A DNA stretch of 64,000 nt, taken from a virus (lineage: Duplodnaviria > Caudoviricetes). Below are positions 57,263-64,000 of the stretch, piece after piece. How positions within the stretch are numbered: the stretch's first letter is position 1; the number at the start of each line of letters is the position of its first letter. The notes under the pieces are model-generated. The model was not told the origin of the DNA. It made no database searches and saw only the letters and a list, made by a program, of their open reading frames with translations. The stretch lies in IMG/VR virus record IMGVR_UViG_3300012344_000002, positions 9,313-73,312 of that record; one strand, given 5' to 3'. A program made the position numbers and the translations under genes.

Positions 57263-58750
57263 TTAAATTCCTAATTCAGTTAAGTTATATTGAAGAACCA
57301 AATCATTATACTTATTTAAAAGGCTACTGTGTTTTAAATAATCAATAATTTTTAAAAATATAGGGTCTAGGTCTTTTTTAATTGTATCTACATAATTATG
57401 ATACAAAGTAAAAAACATAGTCTCAGGTATGTTTGCTACAAAGTAACCCAAAACCACTTTATTAACAGTATTACATTTATCATTTCTTATATTTTGATAT
57501 GGTTTAGTAGGACCACAATAATGGTATATGATAGGAGTAGCTTTACTGGTTACAGCTCTATGATGAGCAGTAAAGTTATTTATATCTAATAGATATGTAA
57601 TCTGTTTATAAAAGGTATAGTTAATAAAGTCTTGTTCATTATAGAAACCTACATCACCCTTATGAGGAGTACATTTCCATTTATAATATAAGTCTTTAAA
57701 ACTATAGTTACCTTTCTTATAAATGATAAAGCCACCATTAATATACTTAAAGCAATTAATTAATGTAGCTCCGTGTATTGCTAGTATATCTCTTCCACCA
57801 AAGATATTACCTGACGAGATACTAGCCGTTAGTAATGTACTCTTAAGATTACCTTGACATAGTATATCGCAGTCACACATTACAGTAAGGTCATACATAG
57901 GAGTAAGTTCATCTAATATACTCATCTTACTATCTACATAATCTCTATTAAAGTGTAACTTTGTTTTGGCTTTAGTATGATAAGAATATTGAATTACTTC
58001 TATATTAGGAGAAATTTTACTATATCTTTTCTGTAATTCTTCTACTGCTTTCTTGGTTCCATTAACATAGTAAACTTTAAATAATTTAATATCATTAAAA
58101 GCAAACATACTATGCAGGAATACATAAGTAGGTTCTGTGTACTCTATTGAAGTAACACAAGCAAAACAAATATTCTTATTAATTAAACTTCTATCAGAAG
58201 GTTTAGCTAACACCCCTAACTTATTATAAATAAGCTGTACTCCATAAACCTTAGCTGTAACCAGCTCTATACCTGAAAAGCTTAACTTATAATTAGAAAA
58301 TATTTTAGGATAGATAAGTTTTAATATTTGTTCACATCTATCTAAATAAGACTGACTACTTTTAGCTGTAGAACCAAAGGTATAGACATAAGCTAAGTTA
58401 GATAAATAAGTAGCATTATTCTTATTAATTTCTACAGTATTTAACAAATTATCTATAGATGTAGGAAACCAAATAAAATATTTAGTTTGAGGATTCTTTA
58501 AATATACAGAGCCTTTAAAAATTAAAGGAGAATCTTCTGTTATATTTAATTCTTTATCTTTATAGGAGTCTAAATAAGTATCTAGACTCTTTAAAGGAAA
58601 GAATTGTGTAGTTAAATTAATTGTAATATCAGTATCTTTTTCTTTAATAAAAGAATACTGATGTCCTTTATTTAGATAAAAGAAAGCAGCTTTAAAGGCT
58701 TTTAAAGTATCTTCTGAGGCTGCTTCTGTAATATTAATAAATACTTTCAT
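57263..58750 (-). CDS. Unknown N-terminal domain fused to a GT8-like glycosyltransferase
   Basis: SKMSI, MCDCDILC (DxD), YINGGFII, NEQDFINY, IYHYCGPTKPY. Confidence 0.85.
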   Translation of the reverse strand: MKVFINITEAASEDTLKAFKAAFFYLNKGHQYSFIKEKDTDITINLTTQFFPLKSLDTYLDSYKDKELNITEDSPLIFKGSVYLKNPQTKYFIWFPTSIDNLLNTVEINKNNATYLSNLAYVYTFGSTAKSSQSYLDRCEQILKLIYPKIFSNYKLSFSGIELVTAKVYGVQLIYNKLGVLAKPSDRSLINKNICFACVTSIEYTEPTYVFLHSMFAFNDIKLFKVYYVNGTKKAVEELQKRYSKISPNIEVIQYSYHTKAKTKLHFNRDYVDSKMSILDELTPMYDLTVMCDCDILCQGNLKSTLLTASISSGNIFGGRDILAIHGATLINCFKYINGGFIIYKKGNYSFKDLYYKWKCTPHKGDVGFYNEQDFINYTFYKQITYLLDINNFTAHHRAVTSKATPIIYHYCGPTKPYQNIRNDKCNTVNKVVLGYFVANIPETMFFTLYHNYVDTIKKDLDPIFLKIIDYLKHSSLLNKYNDLVLQYNLTELGI

Positions 58751-59469
58751 TAGTTTAACTTCAAAGTTACTCTTACCATCTGTTGGCTTTCATTATTAAT
58801 AGGAACATTAAAGCTACATGAAGCAGTACCTGTTTTAATAGTAACCCATGTACCATTAATATTAATTTGTAATGAATAAGAACCAGATGCTGATGTATTT
58901 AAAGTATAACCTACTTGACCCGGATAATTAGACCAACGAGAATCTGTCCAATTACCCCAGCCACTATTAGTACTATACCAACCAGCCCACGTGTAAAGTA
59001 CATTATGACCATTACAAGTAAAGTTACTCATTACAATACGCATATCACCATTAGCAATAGCAAAGTTATTGATATGAATATTACTTTTAGTATCCCAGTA
59101 GTATCTATATTGAGTTTTACTACCCCATGATATACATACACCATATATATTATAGTTAGTACATACATCTACTTGTTTAGTACCTTCATGTAAAGTATGT
59201 GTAGCTTTATAGTATACATCACAGGTAGCTTTACCTATTTGAGCATGATACCAAGTAGGTCTATACCAAGTGCCATTACCTCTTACTATCATAGGTGCTC
59301 TTTTTAATACATGAACTCCACCATAAAGTATAGGGTCTCCTATATTACCTCCTTGGTATAAAGGTATATAACCTTGACCAGCTACCACAATACTAGGTGT
59401 AGTAATCTTATTACCTTGCATAAACAGTGGATAAGTTGTACCACCATAAGGAATTTTAATAGTTGCCAT
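58750..59469 (-). CDS. Putative receptor-binding/adhesin or fibre-tip protein
   Basis: Aromatic/Gly-rich beta composition (WAGWYSTNSGWGNW); directly follows two tail-fibre genes. Confidence 0.5.
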   Translation of the reverse strand: MATIKIPYGGTTYPLFMQGNKITTPSIVVAGQGYIPLYQGGNIGDPILYGGVHVLKRAPMIVRGNGTWYRPTWYHAQIGKATCDVYYKATHTLHEGTKQVDVCTNYNIYGVCISWGSKTQYRYYWDTKSNIHINNFAIANGDMRIVMSNFTCNGHNVLYTWAGWYSTNSGWGNWTDSRWSNYPGQVGYTLNTSASGSYSLQININGTWVTIKTGTASCSFNVPINNESQQMVRVTLKLN

Positions 59470-59473
59470 TATC

Positions 59474-60454
59474 TTATCCTATTGTTATTAAATATCCTGA
59501 TACTTTAACACCATTACTAAAATTATGCTGAGCAGATATAGTTTGAGCAGAGGTTTGTTTAACATACGTATCTGTAATAGTAGCACCTGTTCCATCTTGA
59601 GTAGCTTTAACAGCATTTGTACTATTGGTAGCATAATCAGCTGAAGTAGCTCTTTTAGCTGAATCTGCATTAGTAGCCTTATCAGATGTTTTAGCATGAT
59701 TTACTGATTGAGAGCTAATATTACCTGTAGTAATAAGTCCCCATGTAGTTACATCTACTGTAACATTTACATAGTTTTTATGGGTAGTATCCCATCCAAA
59801 TTTAATTCTATCAGGATAATTACCTTTAAGAGCATAGGTATTAACTATATTTCTATTACTACTATCGTTAGTAGCAGATTTAGCTGAACCAGTAATATTA
59901 CCTGTAACATTACCAACTACATTTCCTGTTAGATTACCATGAAATGTAGAAGTAACTGTACCTGTAACTGTAAGGTTATTATTTATAGTAACAGCACCAG
60001 TTAAAGTACCTCCTGCTAAAGGTAGGTAACTATTCTTAATATTCTTAATATTAGTTTCAGTTACTAACTTAAAATCATCTATATCAATACCTTGTATAGC
60101 ATTAATCTTAGTATACAAAGCATGTATCTGAGAGTCATGATTATTAACTGTTTCTGTAAGTTTAGTTACATTATTAGTAGCTGTGGTAGCCATCTCAGAG
60201 ATTAATTTAACTTGTTTATTATTCTCTGTTACATAAGTATTATAAGAAGTTACTAAGTTATCATAAGTAGGTACTTTATCTATAATACTTTGATATTCTT
60301 TCTGTTTAACAGTTCTCGTAACATGTCTTTGTACTAGGATTCTACCTTCCCCATCTACCATATCTTTATTGGTATCCGGGTCTCTAATTGGAATATCTAC
60401 CCAATAATCTGCTTCTATAGGAGCATCTAAATTAGTTACTTTATATTTAGCCAT
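59474..60454 (-). CDS. Tail fibre protein B
   Basis: YLPLAGGTLTG, GNLTGNVVGNVTGNITG, A-x2-A-x2-A repeats; paralogous to 60458-61798. Confidence 0.8.
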   Translation of the reverse strand: MAKYKVTNLDAPIEADYWVDIPIRDPDTNKDMVDGEGRILVQRHVTRTVKQKEYQSIIDKVPTYDNLVTSYNTYVTENNKQVKLISEMATTATNNVTKLTETVNNHDSQIHALYTKINAIQGIDIDDFKLVTETNIKNIKNSYLPLAGGTLTGAVTINNNLTVTGTVTSTFHGNLTGNVVGNVTGNITGSAKSATNDSSNRNIVNTYALKGNYPDRIKFGWDTTHKNYVNVTVDVTTWGLITTGNISSQSVNHAKTSDKATNADSAKRATSADYATNSTNAVKATQDGTGATITDTYVKQTSAQTISAQHNFSNGVKVSGYLITIG

Positions 60455-60457
60455 ATT

Positions 60458-61798
60458 TTAACCTACTGTAATTGTATAACCTGATACTATAACACCCGAT
60501 GCAAAGTTATGATTATTAGTAATATAACCACTATCATTAGTAAACTGAGACACCTTGGTAGGTCTTCCAGATACACCACTCCATGCAACAGAACCAGCTG
60601 AATTAGAATAGTTAACTGAGAAATTAGCTGGGTTATAAACATACATGTTTGAGCCATCTTCACCGCCCCATAGCCATGTAGGCTGACCATCTTTACCATA
60701 CCAATTAAAATTAAGGTCAACGTCCCCTACTCTACGAGGGTAAGCTCTATCAGCCGATGTTGCATGAGAAGCATTAATAGCAGTAGTTGCACTACCAGCA
60801 CTTGTAGCATAGTCTGCATTTGTAGCTGTTGTAGCTTTATCAGCTAATTTAGCATGAGCAGCAATACCTGTTAAAGGTAAATACTTAGCTTTCTCTTGGT
60901 CTGTATAAGCATTAGCACTAACAATAGCTTCATTCTTTTTAGTATCAGCATATGCTTTAGCAGTATCTAAATTAGAAGCATTTTCTACTTTAGTAGCATA
61001 AGTATCAGTAATGTCATTGTTATTCTTATCTGCTACTGCTTTCTGCGCTTGTAATACATTATTAATGCTAAGAACAGAAGTAGTACCTGCTCCTTTAGTA
61101 ATAGTTAATGTAGCATTAGCACCTGTAATATCTTTAATATAGTTATCAGCAATATCTTGACCCAAAGCATCTTGGGTAGCTTTATCAGCTAAACCATAGA
61201 AAAATTTACCTTCTTCTGATACTTTAAATACTTTACCCCATGTAGTAGTACAATCTAATACGTCATTATTAGTAGAAAATGAAGCATAAGATGAAGAACC
61301 TGTAGGAGTTAAAGTAAGCACTGCTGTCTTGGGTGTCTGAATAGATACATCACCCTTTAATACACCACCTGTAATTAAATAAGCAGACTTCTTTAAAGCA
61401 TCAACATCAGCTTGTACTTCATCAATATCAATACCCTGAATACCATTAATCTTACCTTGGATAACACTAACAGTCTGAGTTAAGTCACTTAAGTCATTCT
61501 GAGTGCCTAATAGGTTATCATTAATAGAACCAATGTCACTATTAATAGAAGCCACTTTATCTTTAGCATATTTATCTAATGCAACAATAGCTTCTTTATT
61601 AGTATTAATCTGAGGTAAAGCATTTTTAATATTAGCAATACCTTTAGAATTAATAGAACGAGTAACATATCTCTTAACAAGAATGTTACCTTCACCATCT
61701 ACTTGGTCTATACCTGTATCAGGGTCTTTAGAAGGAATATCCTGATATAAATCAATTTCGATTGGTTCATCAGGATTAGTTACTTTAAATTTAGACAT
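60458..61798 (-). CDS. Tail fibre protein A
   Basis: KATQDALGQDI-x3-Y, YLPLTG, ATTATNADYATSAGSAT repeats, WSGVSGRPTKVSQFTNDSGYIT. Confidence 0.8.
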   Translation of the reverse strand: MSKFKVTNPDEPIEIDLYQDIPSKDPDTGIDQVDGEGNILVKRYVTRSINSKGIANIKNALPQINTNKEAIVALDKYAKDKVASINSDIGSINDNLLGTQNDLSDLTQTVSVIQGKINGIQGIDIDEVQADVDALKKSAYLITGGVLKGDVSIQTPKTAVLTLTPTGSSSYASFSTNNDVLDCTTTWGKVFKVSEEGKFFYGLADKATQDALGQDIADNYIKDITGANATLTITKGAGTTSVLSINNVLQAQKAVADKNNNDITDTYATKVENASNLDTAKAYADTKKNEAIVSANAYTDQEKAKYLPLTGIAAHAKLADKATTATNADYATSAGSATTAINASHATSADRAYPRRVGDVDLNFNWYGKDGQPTWLWGGEDGSNMYVYNPANFSVNYSNSAGSVAWSGVSGRPTKVSQFTNDSGYITNNHNFASGVIVSGYTITVG

Positions 61799-61806
61799 AT
61801 ACCACC

Positions 61807-63255
61807 TTAAATAAATTCAGTCATAGATGCAGGTACTAAGTATAACTTATTAGCATCAGTAGACTCATATAGATTAGTTAAAGAGTCTTTAAGCTCAGTA
61901 CGAAGCATAATACCTTTATTAATATAATTACCAATATTAGTAATATTATCCATATTATTAACGGTATTTATAATCTGAGGTAATGCTTTATATACAGCAT
62001 TAACATTATCTATAGATAATCCTAAATTATTAATTACATCAATATACGTAGCTGTAGTATTAACGTTATTAATAGAGCCAGCTACAGTAGTTACATGCTC
62101 TATGTTTGTATTGATGGTCTTAATAGCATCTAGGTTATCATTAATAGCTTGGATACTATCAGTATTAGCTGATAAGTTAATTACAGCATCTTTATAAGAA
62201 TTAACTAATGTAATAGCAGGTAAGTTTGTATTAAGATTCTTAATAATATCAATATTATCTGCTACAGTATTAACATTCTTAATATTAGAACCAACAATAT
62301 TAATATTGTCTTTGTTCTCTTGGATAGTTGTCATAACTTCTAAGTGAGAGTTAATCCAAGCTAAAGTATAGATATGAGGTACTACTGCATTAATATTATC
62401 AATGCTCTTAGAACAATTCTTAATATCTTCTAAGTAGTCTTCAATGATATGTATATCTTCTAATCCTGCTGATACATCAATAACATCATAAATAGAAGCA
62501 GATACTCTAGCAATGTTATTTAAGTCTTCATCAGATAAATCAGGAATAGATGTTTTAGAAGCATACTTATCAGATATTTCACCATTTGTAGAACCCTGAG
62601 GTAAGAACCATCCTAGTAATCTAGAATTAGATACTATAGCCTCATTTACAGAGCGTAAGGTATATCTATCATTAATGGTTCTATCCAAACTATATGCTAC
62701 CCATCTGGTTCCATTAAATGATAAGGTAACTATATTTAAGGCACCAATACTAGAGTCTAGTTTAGATACATCACCTAACCAATCTACTTGAGTAGTATCA
62801 AAAGTGTACTTAGTTCCTTCTTTAATATTAGTTAAGTATAAAGTAATTGTTAAGCATGACTGCTTATCAAAAGTATCAGCAAACTTAAATAATATATTAG
62901 GTGTATTTACATTAAAGAAGAATCTATGACTTACTGTAGGATCAATAACATATGTCCCTGTTGATATATCTGCTCGTACAATATTTTCATCTACATACTT
63001 AAATCTAGCTGCAATAGAACCATCCTGTAAATCAGAAATAAAAGGAACATCCTCTTTCTGACCTAACTCAGTACCTTTCCATACAGATAGTCTATTCTTA
63101 TCATCTGGGTTAATAGTTAGCTGACCAGATAGTCCTCTAAACTTAGGTATATCTGCTGTATGTGCTTGACGTAACCTAAAGTCATATACACCTGTTGGTT
63201 CAATCTCTTGATTAGAGAGAGTAGTATTAATGTCTTGTTTTACTTGATTATCCAT
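61807..63255 (-). CDS. Tail/collar structural protein with about 10-aa N/I-rich repeats
   Basis: Repeated NI-x2-V-x2-VA-x-NI units in the C-terminal half. Confidence 0.65.
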   Translation of the reverse strand: MDNQVKQDINTTLSNQEIEPTGVYDFRLRQAHTADIPKFRGLSGQLTINPDDKNRLSVWKGTELGQKEDVPFISDLQDGSIAARFKYVDENIVRADISTGTYVIDPTVSHRFFFNVNTPNILFKFADTFDKQSCLTITLYLTNIKEGTKYTFDTTQVDWLGDVSKLDSSIGALNIVTLSFNGTRWVAYSLDRTINDRYTLRSVNEAIVSNSRLLGWFLPQGSTNGEISDKYASKTSIPDLSDEDLNNIARVSASIYDVIDVSAGLEDIHIIEDYLEDIKNCSKSIDNINAVVPHIYTLAWINSHLEVMTTIQENKDNINIVGSNIKNVNTVADNIDIIKNLNTNLPAITLVNSYKDAVINLSANTDSIQAINDNLDAIKTINTNIEHVTTVAGSINNVNTTATYIDVINNLGLSIDNVNAVYKALPQIINTVNNMDNITNIGNYINKGIMLRTELKDSLTNLYESTDANKLYLVPASMTEFI

Positions 63256-64000
63256 TACTCATCTCCTGCTTCTTTAATAAACTGTACTTTACCTGTTAAT
63301 GCTTTTAAGTTCTTAGCAGAAATAGTAAGAATAGTACCTTTAGCTGCAAATAACTGCATGTTATCATCAAAGTATCCCTGAGGCTTCTTTAACTTAAGTA
63401 CTACAGTAATATCACGTTTAGTAATAGATTCCTGTATTTCAGCTTCAATATCTTCTGTGTTAGGTTTGGTTTCACCATAATAGTAATTAACAAACCAACC
63501 ATTAGAAGGGGCTGTAAATTCTTGTGTATAGGTATCTATATCTGTTTTCTTAATAGAACCAAGTAATACATTAATTCTGTTATCTTGGTCTGTTAATAGA
63601 GCATTAGAAGGAAGATTACTATTAAAGGTATCAATGAACTTAATAGTCTGGTCCATATAAGGATACAGAGTATTAATATCAGAAGTAACTTTAGTCATTT
63701 GTTTTTTAACTTCACTAATAGAATTTAGTAAAGGCTCTCGATTTAAGTTACATTCTTTAATAGAATCCAAGTTCTGTACTGCACTAATATATGTTGATAA
63801 GTTGTCATATAGAACATTAAACAATGGTGCGTTTTCACTTAATGTTTTAATGCTTTCTGATATATCACTTACATTAGTAATATCATCTTTAATAGTTAAT
63901 AATGCAGTAAACTTCTGTACTAAGTTCTTTTGCTCTTCTACTATCTCTGCAGCAGTCTTAATGTTGTTAATATTATCTGATAAATTAGTAATCTCATATC
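63255..64000 (-). CDS. Tail-associated protein, 5'-truncated by window edge
   Basis: Frame is open from 63998 (YEITNLSDNINNIKTAAE...) into the track ORF, so the TTG at 63824 is internal. Confidence 0.7.
   Translation of the reverse strand, partial: YEITNLSDNINNIKTAAEIVEEQKNLVQKFTALLTIKDDITNVSDISESIKTLSENAPLFNVLYDNLSTYISAVQNLDSIKECNLNREPLLNSISEVKKQMTKVTSDINTLYPYMDQTIKFIDTFNSNLPSNALLTDQDNRINVLLGSIKKTDIDTYTQEFTAPSNGWFVNYYYGETKPNTEDIEAEIQESITKRDITVVLKLKKPQGYFDDNMQLFAAKGTILTISAKNLKALTGKVQFIKEAGDE

Noticed and set aside
51008-58750. DNA hypermodification as the primary role of the sugar locus
   Set aside because: Down-weighted rather than excluded: no dCMP/dUMP hydroxymethylase, preQ0 or aminoadenine genes are seen in the window, ThyX and dUTPase look standard, and the GTs sit in the late tail operon.
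1473-60720. Alternate-frame and antisense ORFs in the track (e.g. 1473-1760, 1646-1831, 1979-2191, 2852-3094, 10937-11143, 13841-14131, 28550-28762, 30170-30538, 30496-30831, 38304-38507, 41068-41256, 41783-42393, 43359-43562, 50527-50802, 57000-57589, 58915-59130, 59488-59697, 60487-60720)
   Set aside because: They lie within well-supported genes, show shadow-frame composition (Leu/Ile/Ser rich) and have no motifs I can recognise. The o-spanin at 43935 is the supported exception.
58750-64000. Diversity-generating retroelement or invertase shufflon at the tail fibres
   Set aside because: No reverse transcriptase, recombinase, template/variable repeat pair or inverted crossover sites were seen in the window.
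1-64000. Stop-codon recoding or prophage state
   Set aside because: Long genes are intact in the standard code, TAG and TGA end genes normally, no suppressor tRNA is present, and no integrase, repressor or host flank is visible.

Overview
This window is most of the genome of an AT-rich (roughly 30-33% GC by eye) N4-like podophage (Schitoviridae); neither genome end is included. It opens in the 3' end of the RNAP II large subunit. It then runs through the plus-strand middle and replication genes: AAA/VWA pair, ThyX, helicase, ATP-dependent ligase, two tRNAs, HNH, endonuclease VII, a split family A DNA polymerase, Cas4-like nuclease, primase, Sak4-like ATPase and SSB. The minus-strand late block follows, with a 4157-aa virion RNA polymerase, gp51-gp58-like genes, major capsid, portal, spanins, endolysin and holin. 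After that come about 13 kb of accessory genes and the tail-fibre module, which runs off the right edge. Embedded spanins imply a diderm host; NrdDG and two radical SAM enzymes imply an anaerobe. The most striking feature is a sugar-tailoring locus at about 51.0-58.8 kb: a TIM-barrel isomerase-like protein, an FAD oxidoreductase, an NAD-dependent epimerase, two radical SAM enzymes and two GT8-like glycosyltransferases. Its glycosyltransferase half is translationally coupled inside the tail-fibre operon, so it is a candidate virion or tail-fibre glycosylation system. Other leads are a four-segment attenuator-like RNA switch after ssb, an HNH gene that has rebuilt the 5' end of tRNA-Gln, a nucleotidyltransferase-like insert and at least 13 Cys in the vRNAP, a thrice-repeated TDEARE peptide, and a Tad2-like gene. 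All protein family calls come from motif recognition by eye; no database searches were run.
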